Shown: piece by piece, positions 37,376 to 50,939 of the stretch
Numbering within the stretch: position 1 is the stretch's first letter
Layout: each line of letters starts with the position of its first letter
Source of the DNA: Eledone cirrhosa
Lineage: Eukaryota
NCBI GenBank assembly: GCA_964016885.1
Contig: CAXHJY010000461.1
Span: 34,831 to 98,830, forward strand
DNA: 64,000 bases
Direction of reading: 5' to 3'
Position numbers and translations under genes: made by a program
The notes under the pieces: generated by a model
What the model was told of the DNA's origin: nothing
Databases searched by the model: none
The model's input: the letters and a program-made list of their open reading frames with translations, nothing else

Positions 37376-37851
37376 TTGCAGTGTTACGCAGTAATACTGA
37401 AGACCCGACTTCTCACGGGCACAGGCCAAAGCTGTAGCATATATACACTATGCCCCCCCCCCCCCCCCATAAAGTGGTCATGTAGGTGTCACAACAAAAA
37501 ACACCCAGTCCACACTGTAAAGTGGTCGTGTAGGTGTCACGATAAAAAGTACCCAGCCCACACTGTAAAGTGGTCATGTAGGTGTCACAATAAAAAGTAC
37601 CCAGCCCACACTGTAAAGTGGTCATGTAGGTGACATGACAAAAAGCACCCAGTACTCACTGTAAAATGTTTGTGTAGGTGTGTCACAACAAAAAGCACCC
37701 AGTCCACACTGTAAATGAATTTGGCACTAGGAAGAGCAGTAGAAACCAAGACAAAATCAGTTCTGTATAAGCAAGACATGGTCATAACAGGACAACTCAT
37801 CTAACCCATCTAGCATAGAAAATGGACGTAAAACGGTGACGATGATGATGA
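37376..37851 (+). mobile_element. RTE LINE 3' end with ~48-bp tandem repeats in the 3'UTR
   Basis: CACACTGTAAAGTGGTCATGTAGGTGTCAC..AAAAAGTACCCAGCC about 5 times; (TGA)n tail. Confidence 0.85.
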
Positions 37852-38238
37852 TTGTTGAAATTCATGGTGTAACTCTCCTTTCTTTTCCTTTCAAATTGAC
37901 CTTCTTTCACTCTTGTTTGTAGTAGTAGCATTGGTAAACCTTAGGTCAGTTTTGAATCAGTAGATATGTGATCAAAGACATTCGATATTCCAGTCATGAC
38001 TATTTGATGTCTTTCTCAGATATAACATATAACTACAGTGTCAGATGTGTTTTTTATTTTATTTTTTAGACAATAGGACATGGTTTGATGGAGGTTTTGA
38101 CTGCTATTTCTAGCAAATCAAGAAACCACTTTGATGCTCTTTTGTATTAGTAGTTCTATATAACAAACTCCTTATATTGACTACTCCATGGTTTTTGTAA
38201 TGTCATTAGCATTATAGTTTATCTGATTCTATCTTTAA

Positions 38239-38460
38239 CCCTTTCATGACCATATTTCTAATGAAACACACTCTATTTTAATTAATTAATGAAGAATTTT
38301 GAGGTATTTACTAAAATTATTAATTATTTTATAATTAAGATAGTAACTTGATGTTTATGTAAAATCATATTGGAAGATTTTAATTTAAATTTGAAACCTT
38401 TAAAATGGATGGTTTTATTTCGTAGAACCAGCTTGTTTTGGTGGGTTGGTAACTAAAGAG
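38239..38460. mobile_element. TTAA MITE, family 2
   Basis: TTAACCCTTTCATGACCATATTTC..GGTAACTAAAGAGTTAA; related pieces at 36577-37156 and 38490-38620. Confidence 0.6.
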
Positions 38461-39050
38461 TTAAAGATTGAGAAGGGGATTTAAAAAAAAACCTTTTGTT
38501 ACCATGTTTCCAATGAAAGACACTGCTTCTGATTTTAAAATAATCTTGAAATTAATCAAGAACAGAGGAATTTAGTCATATAATTAACTTTCTTGTTATT
38601 TATCTGGTGTTTGGAATTTAACTTCTTTTCGTGTCCACAAGAGTGTCAGTTACAAAACCCGGTCAAATATGGCTCCACCACAGCTGAAAACATTGCTACC
38701 CTCTCATCAAACTTTGCCAAGTCCAATGCTGCGCACGGGTGTTCCAGCAGGGGACACATCAGGATGTGCTGCACAGTCCATGGCCTAATGCTGCAATCGC
38801 ACACAGCACTCCCATTCCCCAAATATCCCCATTTTGAAAGATCGACCCCTGCACATCCATCACCAGATCCCAGTCCATCTAGGCATTTTCACACTGCATA
38901 GCCTGTATCTGCCCCATAAAATTATGATGGAAATTTTTTAGATAAATATAAACACTTAAAACAGTTTTGTAATGTTGAACCAAGGGCAGTTTTAGATGGT
39001 TTGGTATTATAAAGGTTAAGGATGATGAAGTGATGAAATCATTATGTATC

Positions 39051-39238
39051 TGGTGGATTGGCAGTATCGGTAGAGAGTCGGACGCCATGCTTTCCAGCAT
39101 AGTTACGTCCCTTTACGATCTGAGTTCAAATCCCGCCAAGGTTGACTTTGCCTTTCATCCTTACAGGGTTGATAAAATAAAGTACCAGTAATCTACTGGG
39201 TATTTGCTGGCCTTGTGCCAAAAGTAGAAACAATTATA
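39051..39238 (+). mobile_element. SINE (ATT-tail family)
   Basis: Near-identical to the copies at 46371-46552 and 53283-53470. Confidence 0.9.
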
Positions 39239-40280
39239 GTTTAAATATTTGAGAGTTGTCAGTGGTAGTGTTGGTAAAATGACAGAAAAATTGTCTTCCT
39301 TGAGCACCTTCCATTCTAACTTCAAATCCTGCTTGTGTTGACTTTGTCTTGGTGTCCCTCCTAACTTAATAAAATGAGTAGCAATATGTATATGTGTGTG
39401 TAAAGGGAGCAATAGCCAGATATAGAGTTGAAATGGGTGAGTAAATGTATAATAAAGAGGATATTTTGAGTAACACTTTTGCTACTAACACACCTGAAAC
39501 TACCTCTGGTCATATGATAGAAAATTGCCTATTTTAAAGTATTCATATTTATACTAAAATATAGCATCATAATGTTATTTAACATTTCAGCATTTAAACC
39601 GGCCACATCCAGACAGAATCTTCTCACCCTTTCTATTCAAACCGGCTGTAACCGACTGCACATACTGACGTTAAGGTATTGTTCTCAAAATAAATAACAT
39701 CAAAATCTCATAGATTCGATATTAAGGGAGATAATTATGTGAGGTAAAGTCTTTACTATGAAAATATAATAGTATATATAGAGTAATGTAAATGCTAAAG
39801 GGTTAAGAAAATTTTGTTAGATAATGTTTCAAACTTCAGATTACTAATGAAAAGGTTATACCTTTTACTAAATTCCTTCAATTTTTTAAATAATATTCAA
39901 AATTAATTGAAACATATGAGCTATGTATTTCATTAGAAAATTGATCTTCCATTCACAAAATCTGTAACCTTGTTCGAAGCTTTGCTAGAAATAATTACTA
40001 TTATTGTTGTTCTGAGTTTTAATCCCACTGAGGTTAACTTTGCCTTTCATCCTTACAGGGTCAATAAAATAAAGTACTTTTATTTCTTTTCTTTTTAATT
40101 ACCTTTCTCATTAGCTCTTTTTGATTACCAACTGTAAGGAGTACTCTATACTTCCCAGAATCTGTCATGGCTTACTAGCTCTATATGGACGTTTCAATTG
40201 AATAAATAAATAAATAATACATTGGGGTTGATTTTATCAACTTTTCCCCTCACCCTAAATCAGAAACAATTATTGTTATA

Positions 40281-40499
40281 TAGGGTGAGTCATAAGTAAC
40301 CAGGAAGTAAATATATTTTTTTATTGCAAGGTTCGCAGATAACTTTTTGAACATCCACTTCAAAATGTATTAAGAAATGGGGTCAGCTTTTCGAACACAC
40401 TTTAATTATATTTTTTAACTACTTTTGTTTGATGTATTTATAATTTCGAAATGTAAGACCAGAATTTTAGTAAATATTATCATTTACTTTTGACTCACC
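40281..40499. mobile_element. Tc1-like MITE, degenerate
   Basis: TAGGGTGAGTCATAAGTAA / TTACTTTTGACTCACCA inverted ends. Confidence 0.5.
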
Positions 40500-41289
40500 A
40501 TTTATTGTAGAGCAGTGAAAAGCAGAAATGGTCAAATACCAGAAAGATCTTTGTCATTGCCCACTTATTCCTGAGAGGGTCATGGGGGAAGAGTTCTCAA
40601 ACACTCCTTCCAGCGGGTCCTGTCTGAAACAACTGTCTCCAAGCACGACCAGCCAAGCTCATGGATGTTATCCATAATTATCTCACATAATATCAAATCT
40701 TGAGATTTTGATATTTATTTTGAGAACAATACCTTAATGTCAGTATGAGCAGCCGGTTTGAACAGAAAGAGGTGAGAGATTTCTGGCCGGATAGAGCCAG
40801 TTTAAATGCTAAAGGGTTAAACAACATCTATTTGGTGATAAAACATAACCTGGGAAGAAAAAGAGGTGGTGGTGGTGGTGGTGGTGGAGGAGGAAGCAGT
40901 TGAATTAAATTTTAAAAGAAACATTCATGGGAGGAGAAGTAGGTGGAGGAGGAGGCAGTTGAATTAAAATTTGAAAGAAACATTCATAGGATCAAAAAAC
41001 TTCATTTAAGGATGTCATCTACTCTCTAAGGTGGCAAATTGTTCTCTGTTCTTTCAAGGCAAAAAAAAAAAAATGATGAAAAATGTGGATAGAACCTGTC
41101 GGACTTCATACATAGAAGGTACATGCAGACATGTATGGTCCCGTAACTCAAGGGGGAGTCATAGGGGCACTGTAATGGCATACAGCATTTCTTAGAGTAT
41201 TTTTTAAACCTGGCAGAGCCCATTCCTCTCCAGGTCTGAATACACCAGACTTTTTCCAGAGAGTGAGGAAGTGAAGAAGAGATGTAGGG

Positions 41290-41585
41290 GAAGAATCGAC
41301 CCTAGTACTATACTAGTACTTTTTTTATCGACCTCAAAAGGATGAAAGGCAAAGTTGACCATGGCGGGATTTGCACTCAGGGAGCAGAAAGTCGAAATGA
41401 ATACTGTAAAGTATTCTATCCGACGTTTTAATGACTCTGCCGATTCACCGACTATTGCCCATATATTAATAGTACTATATAACAAAGCCATTAGAGAATT
41501 GAACTTGCAATCATGAAGTTGTGAGTTCGATTCCCAGACCGAGCAGTGCATTATGTCCTTGAGCAAGACACTTTATTTCATGTTG
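41290..41585. mobile_element. Divergent pair of SINE fragments
   Basis: Minus ATT-family body at 41290-41460; plus tRNA-like head GAGTTCGATTCCC..CCTTGAGCAAGACAC at 41480-41585. Confidence 0.65.
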
Positions 41586-44350
41586 CCCCTTCTGCCTAGA
41601 TTTGTGACTGGTAGATAGTATTAGCAATTGGAAAGACCAATGGAAATATTGTTTCCTCAGTTCAATTAGATGAGCTCCACCCCGCTAATTAAGTGAACGA
41701 GGTCTTGGATCTTGCCAATTGACTGTCAATATATAACAAACTTTTTAGCTTTATATATTGGGTGCTTCCATAGTTTATTATAATGGCACTAGTGTTACTG
41801 ATTTATGTGGTTTCTACTTTTAAAGCTAGAAAAAAGGAGTCACTGCTCCCCAATTATTATAATTATGTCTAACATAGGCACAAGATGACAGATAAGTAGG
41901 CGGCAAATTGGCAAAGTCATTAGAAGATTGGATAGAATGGAATCCTTCATGGCATTTGTTACAGTTTTCTGATCTCTAAGTTTAAATACTGCCAAGATCA
42001 ACTTTACTTTTCATCTTTCTGAAGATGATAAAAAAAGTACCAGTGAAGTACTGGGGGTCAATTCTTCCTCTATATCTCTTTCTCACTTCCTATCTATCAC
42101 GTTGTATCTCCTTCTCAGAAAAAAAATCAGTTGTGTTTAATCATGAAGTGGGGTCAGCTCCCCTTGGATTAAAAATTCCTCAGATATGCTATTTGTCATG
42201 ATGGTATCCCTACGGCTCCTTCCAGCAGGAGTTATGAGTCCAATGGCATGGCCTTAATAAAATTCATTCAATACACTCTGTAAAGTGACTGGCAAAGAAA
42301 CAGATCAGCATATGGTAGAGAGGACTCTTTAGACTTGTTGAGGACTGGAGAACCTCTTTAGTACTGCTGCCACAATAAAATGTACTCAGTCCCCTCTGTA
42401 AAGTGGTTGGTGTTAAGGATAGCATCCAGCCATAGAAACCATGACAAAAATGTGACGTGCAAGCAAAATATGATCCTCCAATCAATGTAGGTGGATGGTT
42501 ACTCTGAACAAGAACTGACATGTCTAACCCATGACAACATGGAGAGTAGACATAAAATGATGAAGCTGATGATGATGGTGACGATGACGATGGTGGTGGT
42601 GGCAGTAGTTTTTATGATGGTAATGACGATGATGGTGATGGCTGCTGCACCATGGCAGAACTGTGGCTAAACGACCCCTATAACTACTGTACCTATGAAA
42701 ACAAAAGAGAAGAAAAATATACAAATAAACAAACAAAAATATATTTGGTTGAATTTGTTTCATAGAAATTATTAAAAATTACATTCAGAGATCTTGTCTA
42801 CTTGGCATGAGACCAAGAAAACATTTTCACCAGCATTTCAATATAGCCCATTTCTATATTTTGGAATAGAGTCGGTGAAGACGGTAAATCTTGGCAATTT
42901 GCCTGAATTAATTAGTGTACATACAGAGAAGAAATGAAAATTACAAATATTGTCTTTGAAATCAGAAGAGGAAAACAGTAGTGAAGGAAGATGATTAAAA
43001 TAGGAAGAAGGATATTTTCTATAATCTATAGAGAACCTTGTTGTTGAGGACTCTAGAGGCAATATCATTAACTGGAAAACCTTTCGATGTTATTTATATA
43101 TTTTCATTTTTGAACACTATAATTTGTATGATTGATAGAAACTTTCAGGAAATCTATCGTTTGAAATACACTTATAATGAAAGCAATCATAGCAACAAAA
43201 AAAAAAAAAAAGAAAGAAGTTTAACCCTTTACTATTTAAACCAGCCATATCTGGCCAGAATTCACTCACCTCTTTTGGTTCAAACTGGCTGTAACTGGCC
43301 ATTCATACTGATATTAAGGTATTGTTCTCAAAATAAATCATATAAAAACCTCATAGATTCGATATTATGTGAAATAAAGCTAAAGGGTTAAACCAGCCAT
43401 ATCTGACCAGAATTCTCTCACCTCTTTCTGTTCAATCACGCCATAACCAGCTGCTCATACTGGTGTTAAGTTATTGTTCTCAAAAAACTGACCTAGGGGT
43501 AACCAATGCTACTACTACCAACAACAGTGAAAGGAAAAGAAAGGAGAGTTACACATCTGTTCCAGAATTTCAACAATAATATATCAAAATCTATTCCACA
43601 TGGGAATATATTTGAAATCATGAGACTATAATAGTTTTAGTAATTAGAAAAGACTTCACCTTAATGAGAAGTGATGTAATTTAGAAGAATCCAGAAATGA
43701 GAGAACTATTCAAGGTTATTCAAGGAGTGGGCATTAAGTATTTAGCTCTTTTCTTATTGTATTTCTAATAAAATACTTTGTATTTTAATTAATTAATGAA
43801 GAATTGGGGAAGGATTTATTAAAATTATAATTTCATTGAGATGGTATTTGTAAATTAACCCTTTAGCATTTAAACCAGCCGTATCTGACCAGAATTCTCT
43901 CCCCTCCTTCTGTTCAAACTGGTCATAACTAACCACTCATATTGATGTTACGGTATTGTTCTCAAAATAAATAATATAAAAACCTCATAGATTTGATATT
44001 ATGTGAGATAATTAAGTGAAATAAAGTCTTTAGTGTGAAAATACAATAGTAAATATAGAGTAATGTAAATTCTAAAGGGATAAACAAATGTTCTTATATA
44101 AAATTATGTTAGAAAGTTTTAATTTAAACAAAACCACCCTCTAAAATGGGTGGTTTTGTTTAATATAAATAGGGGTGATTTTAAGTGAGTTAGTATCAAA
44201 AATTTTAAAGATGAATTTAAAAAAATTTAGTTGACCAGAAAAATGCCTGGAAAAGCTTTTGATGTATAACATTTAGTTATGGTGTATACTGCGCATCTCC
44301 AAAAACAAAACAAGAGAATATAGTAAGTTGTTAAACCCAAATAAGACCTA

Positions 44351-44765
44351 CAGGGTCTTGCAGAGAAATTGAGACAATTTTTACAATGCATAAAACTGGT
44401 TATAAATACTAAAATAATCGTAGTAGACAGATATAATTTTAATGTAACATTCGTTCCAACAAAAACATTTATCCCTCAATATGGCTGCTCTTTTGGGCAA
44501 TTACTGCCTCCACACAAGAACAAAATATTTTTGCAGATGTTGCAACCTCTGTTTTTTTTTGCATGTTGTACGCATGATGCAGGTCTTCGAACTGTTGACA
44601 CTTGAGTGTGTGAAGTATTGGTCCTTGCTAGAATAACGTCCCCATATAAAGTAATTGAGAAGGTTGAGATCTGGGCTATTACTGGGCCAGATGTTGGTCC
44701 GCACAAAAAATGACACCTTCTTACCAAGGAAGGCCTATGTTGCTTTTGACCCATAGCATGGTGCA
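44351..44765 (-). mobile_element. Tc1/mariner 3' fragment
   Basis: WPSNSPDLNLLNYFIWG motif; TA|CAGGGT terminus at 44351. Confidence 0.75.
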
Positions 44766-45094
44766 TTGAAATACCTACTTATACCAAGCAGTACTTCAGC
44801 TACAAATATAGAGACAGTCTACAGAAAGTTCCTGCAGATACACTTACACAGATATCTTAGACTGTTGACACAAGAAGGTCTGTTGATAAAGGAAGAAAGA
44901 AATAAACTTCTGTGGGCTTCAACAATAGTATTCCAATTGTTCAATAAACAGATCAGCCTGCTCATGAAATCAACATGTAAGTGACAGAGTATTCTACAGA
45001 TGATTAGTGTTTCAGTTGTTTGATCCAAGGAATAGTCGGAACATGGAAGTAATGTGCAAGTGGTTGAGCAGTCCACAGACATGTGTACCCTTAA

Positions 45095-45446
45095 ACCTTT
45101 ACCATTTACATTACTCTATATTTACTATTATATTTTCGGGGTAAAGGTTTTATTTCACATAATATCTCACATAATATTGAATCTATGAGATTTTGATATT
45201 ATTTATTTTGAGAACAATACCTTAACCCTTTAGCATTTAACCCGGCTATAACCAGCCACTCATACTGATGTTAAGGTATTGTTCTCGAAATAGAAAATTT
45301 CAATTATGTGAGATAAAGCCTTTACCGTGAAAATATAATAGTAAATATAGAGTAATGTAAATGCTAACGATTTAACATCAGTATGAGTTGAACAGAAAGA
45401 GGTGAGAGAATTCTGCCCAGATATGGCTAGTTGAAATGCTAAAAGG
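45095..45446. mobile_element. TTAA MITE with a second copy nested in it (45226-45371)
   Basis: TTAA at 45091, 45222, 45372 and 45447; the inner copy is inverted. Confidence 0.85.
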
Positions 45447-45618
45447 TTAACATAATTCTCAGAGAGATTCAAAGTGACACAGCATGTAACAAGGCTGTCC
45501 TATTGAAGTAAAGGTACACTCCTTCCAATAGGCTTCCAATCAGTTTCTGTTTAGTTCATTTCACTCACTAAGTAAGAGTTGATTCAAATTTATTGTAAAT
45601 GACACTTATCAAAGATGC

Positions 45619-45783
45619 AAAACCTGTTAACTCTCCCTATCTGACAGGGAAATATCCCACCCACTTTGGGGTGAGTGAGAGATGTCTTCTCTTGTGAAAA
45701 TGAGTATAGCTTTCATTATGAAAAAACTCTCCCTTTTTTTTCATTGTACTCCCTGTTTGGGTTTTTAGAGGTTGGCAGATCAG
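45619..45783. mobile_element. hAT-like MITE, copy 1
   Basis: AAAACCTGTTAAC..GTTGGCAGATCAG; body matches 47062-47258. Confidence 0.75.
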
Positions 45784-45836
45784 ATATATATATATGTACA
45801 CACACACACACACATATATATATACACACACATATA

Positions 45837-46345
45837 CTAGTACCCAGTTTTGCCCAAGTAAACAGATGATAAGAGAAGACAGGTAGAAAAGATGTTTGTC
45901 TGGTTTACAGGTATGTGTGACAAAACAAAAAAACAGTAAAAAATCTTCAAGAAACACCAAGTTCTTGTTTTACTGTTAGTGCATAGTATAAGAAGATCTC
46001 TAGTGGTTCCTACTTGTGAACAGCCTACATATATATAACTGTCCATGGGTAGAAACCGATTCACTCATATTCAATTCTACAACCTTGAGACTATGAGCCT
46101 GATCTTTATTTATGGTCATAGCAAAACTGACACTAACTGTGAACCGACGTCTTGACAATTTGGACGGCAGCTCAGTAGAGGAGGGGATAAGAGGAATCTT
46201 GGAAATAAATGCATTTTCTTCTTGATGATTGCCTCCAAAAATAGTGACCTCTAGGAGATGGATCCTCATCCGCCTGACGGTAAAATGTGTGCCATTGCAT
46301 AGAAATAGCAGGTCCACTTTTCTCAAAAACATGATGGGAGTTTCA
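45837..46345 (-). mobile_element. Helitron 3' end with PIF1 helicase C-terminus
   Basis: LCNGT..KIPLIPS..FAMTINKDQAHSL..THGQLY; CTAG at 45837. Confidence 0.85.
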
Positions 46346-46370
46346 AGCAGGGAAAAGCGGACGTAAAATG

Positions 46371-46552
46371 ATTGGCAGTATCGGTAGAGAGTCAGACGCC
46401 ATGCTTTCCAGCATAGTTATGTCTCTTTACGGTCTGAGTTCAAATTACACCGAGGTTAACTTTGCCTTTCATCCTTACGGGGTCGATAAAATAAAGTACC
46501 AGTAATACACTGGGTATTTGCTGGCCTTGTGCCAAAAGTAGAAACAATTATA
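46371..46552 (+). mobile_element. SINE (ATT-tail family)
   Basis: ATTGGCAGTATCGGTAGAG..GGCCTTGTGCCAAAAGTAGAAACAATTA. Confidence 0.9.
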
Positions 46553-47061
46553 TATTTAGATAGATAGATAATTATATATAAATGTGTATGTGAATGTATG
46601 CGTTTGTGTGTGTATGTGTGCGTGTGTATAAACCAGTGTTTGAATCGGAGACACTGGCTGCGAAACATTTATGTATATGTATGTGTAGATGTGTGTTTAA
46701 TTCTCTTGTCTGTGTATCTGATTAAGTATTTATATGAAGACGTGTGTGTATGTAACTTACTAAGGTGTAACATATGTAATGAACGCGCAGAGACACACAC
46801 ACACTCAGAGACACATACACACTCATATACAAAATGTGACATCATTGTCGTGTTATAAAATATTGGTTTACTTGTAGTTGTCTATAGTAGGTTATTTTAC
46901 ATAACGTGTTATATTGATTTAATCCAAATGAAAATAAAAATTATATGTTGAGAATCCTGGGGTCTAATACCTTGTAAAATTTGATTGGAGTTGGTCGAGC
47001 AGTTTTGGGAAAGCATAAGGAAAAGTCAGACAGAGAGAAATAATTATATTTATATATATAC

Positions 47062-47258
47062 CAGACGTGTCAACTCTCCCCGTCTGATGGGGGAGATCTC
47101 CCACCCACTTTGGGGTGGTTGAGAGATGTCTTCTCTTGTGAAAATAGGTATAGCTCTCATAATGGAAAATCTTCCCATTTTGTCTCATTTCTCACCGCTT
47201 TTGGGGCACTTTTTTTCATGCTACTCCCTGTTTGACTTTTTAGAGGTTGGCAGGTCTG
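47062..47258. mobile_element. hAT-like MITE, copy 2
   Basis: TIRs CAGACGTGTCAAC / GTTGGCAGGTCTG. Confidence 0.8.
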
Positions 47259-47416
47259 CAAGATGCTACTCAGTGGGATTAAAACCAGAACGTAATGGTT
47301 TCGAAGTGAACTCCTTAACTAGATTCAGAGACATGATGCTTTTCTTCTTTGACAGACACATTTACCACTACTACAATGTACTTTGTGCCCCCGAAATGGC
47401 AAAATCATACATCACT

Positions 47417-50400
47417 CAGCAATGTCACTAGGTACCACATACAGCAATGTCACTAGGCACCACATACAGCAATGTCACTAGGTACCACATACAGCAATGT
47501 CACTAGGGACCACATGCAGCAATGTCACTAGGTACCACATACAGCAATGTCACTAGGTACCACATACAGCAATTTCACTAGGTACCACATAGAGAATTGT
47601 CACCAGGTACCACATACAGCAAAGTCACTAGGTACCACATACAGAAATGTAACTAGGCACCACATACAGCAATGTCACTAGGTACCACATACAATAATGT
47701 CACTAGGTACCACATACAGCAATGTCACTAGGTACCACATACAATAATGTCACTAGGTACCACATACAGCAATGTCACTAGGTACCACATACAGCAATGT
47801 CACTAGGTACCACATACAGCAATGTCACTAGGCACCACATACAGCAATGTCACTAGGTACCACATACAATAATGTCACTAGGTACCACATGCAGCAATGT
47901 TACTAGGTACCACATACAGCAATGTCACTAGGTACCACATACAGCAATGTCACTAGGTACCACACACATCAATGTCACTAGATACCACATACAGCAATGT
48001 CACTAGGTACCACATAGAGAATTGTCACCAGGTACCACATACAGCAATGTTGATATATACCACATACAGCAATTTCACTAGGTACCACACAGCAATGTCA
48101 CTAGGTACCACATACAGCAATGTCACTAGGTACCACATACAGCAATGGCACTAGGTACCACATACAGCAATGTTACTAGGTACCACATACAGCAATGTCA
48201 CTAGGTACCACACACAGCAATGTCACTAGGTACCACATACAGCAATGTTACTAGGTACCACATACAGCAATGTCACTAGGTACCACACACAGCAATGTCA
48301 CTAGGTACCACATACAGCAATGTTACTAGGTACCACATACAGCAATGTCACTAGGTACCACACACAGCAATTTCACTAGGCACCACATACAGCAATGGCA
48401 CTAGGTACCACATAAAGCAATGTTACTAGGTACCACATACAGCAATGTCACTAGGTACCACACACAGCAATGTCACTAGGTACCACATACAGCAATGTTA
48501 CTAGGTACCACATACAGCAATGTCACTAGGTACCACATACAGCAATGTCACTAGGTACCACATACAGCAATGTCACTAGGTACCACATACAGCAATGTCA
48601 CTAGGTACCACATACAGCAATGTCACTAGGTACCACACACAGCAATGTCACTAGGTACCACATACAGCAATGTCACTAAGTACCACATACAGCAATGTCA
48701 CTAGGTACCACATACAGCAATGTCACTAGGTACCACATACAGCAATGTCACTAGGTACCACACACAGCAATGTCACTAGGTACCACATACAGCAATGGCA
48801 CTAGGTACCACATGCAGCAATGTTACTAGGTACCACATACAGCAATGTCACTAGGTACCACATACAGCAATGTCACTAGGTACCACATGCAGCAATGTTA
48901 CTAGGTACCACATGCAGCAATGTCACTAGGTACCACATACAGCAATGTCACTAGGTACCACATACAGCAATGTCACTAGGTACCACATGCAGCAATGTTA
49001 CTAGGTACCACATACAGCAATGTCACTAGGTACCACATACAGCAATGTCACTAGGTACCACATACAGCAATGTCACTAGGTACCACATGCAGCAATGTTA
49101 CTAGGTACCACATACAGCAATGTCACTAGGTACCACATACAGCAATGTCACTAGGTACCACATACAGCAATGTCACTAGGTACCACATGCAGCAATGTTA
49201 CTAGGTACCACATACAGCAATGTCACTAGGTACCACATACAGCAATGTCACTAGGTACCACATACAGCAATGTCACTAGGTACCACATGCAGCAATGTTA
49301 CTAGGTACCACATACAGCAATGTCACTAGGCACCACATACAGCAATGTCACTAGGTACCACATACAACAATGTCATTAGGTACCACATAGAGAATTGTCA
49401 CCAGGTACCACATACAGCAAAGTCACTAGGTACCACATACAGAAATGTAACTAGGCACCACATACAGCAATGTCACTAGGTACCACATACAATAATGTCA
49501 CTAGGTACCACATACAGCAATGTCACTAGGTACCACATACAATAATGTCACTAGGTACCACATACAGCAATGTCACTAGGTACCACATACAGCAATGTCA
49601 CTAGGTACCACATACAGCAATGTCACTAGGCACCACATACAGCAATGTCACTAGGTACCACATACAATAATGTCACTAGGTACCACATGCAGCAATGTTA
49701 CTAGGTACCACATACAGCAATGTCACTAGGTACCACATGCAGCAATGTTACTAGGTACCACATACAGCAATGTCACTAGGTACCACATACAGCAATGTCA
49801 CTAGGTACCACACACATCAATGTCACTAGATACCACATACAGCAATGTCACTAGGTACCACATAGAGAATTGTCACCAGGTACCACATACAGCAATGTTG
49901 ATATATACCACATACAGCAATTTCACTAGGTACCACACAGCAATGTCACTAGGTACCACATACAGCAATGTCACTAGGTACCACATACAGCAATGGCACT
50001 AGGTACCACATACAGCAATGTTACTAGGTACCACATACAGCAATGTCACTAGGTACCACACACAGCAATGTCACTAGGTACCACATACAGCAATGTTACT
50101 AGGTACCACATACAGCAATGTCACTAGGTACCACACACAGCAATGTCACTAGGTACCACATACAGCAATGTTACTAGGTACCACATACAGCAATGTCACT
50201 AGGTACCACATACAGCAATGTCACTAGGTACCACATACAGCAATGTCACTAGGTACCACACACAGCAATGTCACTAGGTACCACATACAGCAATGGCACT
50301 AGGTACCACATGCAGCAATGTTACTAGGTACCACATACAGCAATGTCACTAGGTACCACATACAGCAATGTCACTAGGTACCACATGCAGCAATGTTACT

Positions 50401-50939
50401 AGGTACCACATGCAGCAATGTCACTAGGTACCACATACAGCAATGGCACTAGGTACCACATACAGCAATGTCACTAGGTACCACATACAGCAATGTCACT
50501 AGGTACCACATACAGCAATGTCACTAGGTACCACATGCAGCAATGTTACTAGGTACCACATACAGCAATGTCACTAGGTACCACATACAGCAATGTCACT
50601 AGGTACCACATACAGCAATGTCACTAGGTACCACATGCAGCAATGTTACTAGGTACCACATACAGCAATGTCACTAGGCACCACATACAGCAATGTCACT
50701 AGGCACCACATACAGCAATGTCACTAGGTACCACATACAACAATGTCATTAGGTACCACATACAGCAATGTCATTAGGTACCACATACAGCAATGTCACT
50801 AGGTACCACATACAGCAATGTCACTAGGTACCACATACAACAATGTCATTAGGTACCACACACAGCAATGTCACTAGGTACCACATACAGCAATGTCACT
50901 AGGTACCACACACAGAAATGTCACTATGTACCACATACA
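47417..50939. repeat. 25-bp satellite, about 140 copies
   Basis: Unit CAGCAATGTCACTAGGTACCACATA, head to tail with no spacers. Confidence 0.98.

Noticed and set aside
47417-50939. CRISPR array
   Set aside because: Units are contiguous with no unique spacers, there are no cas genes, and the context is eukaryotic.
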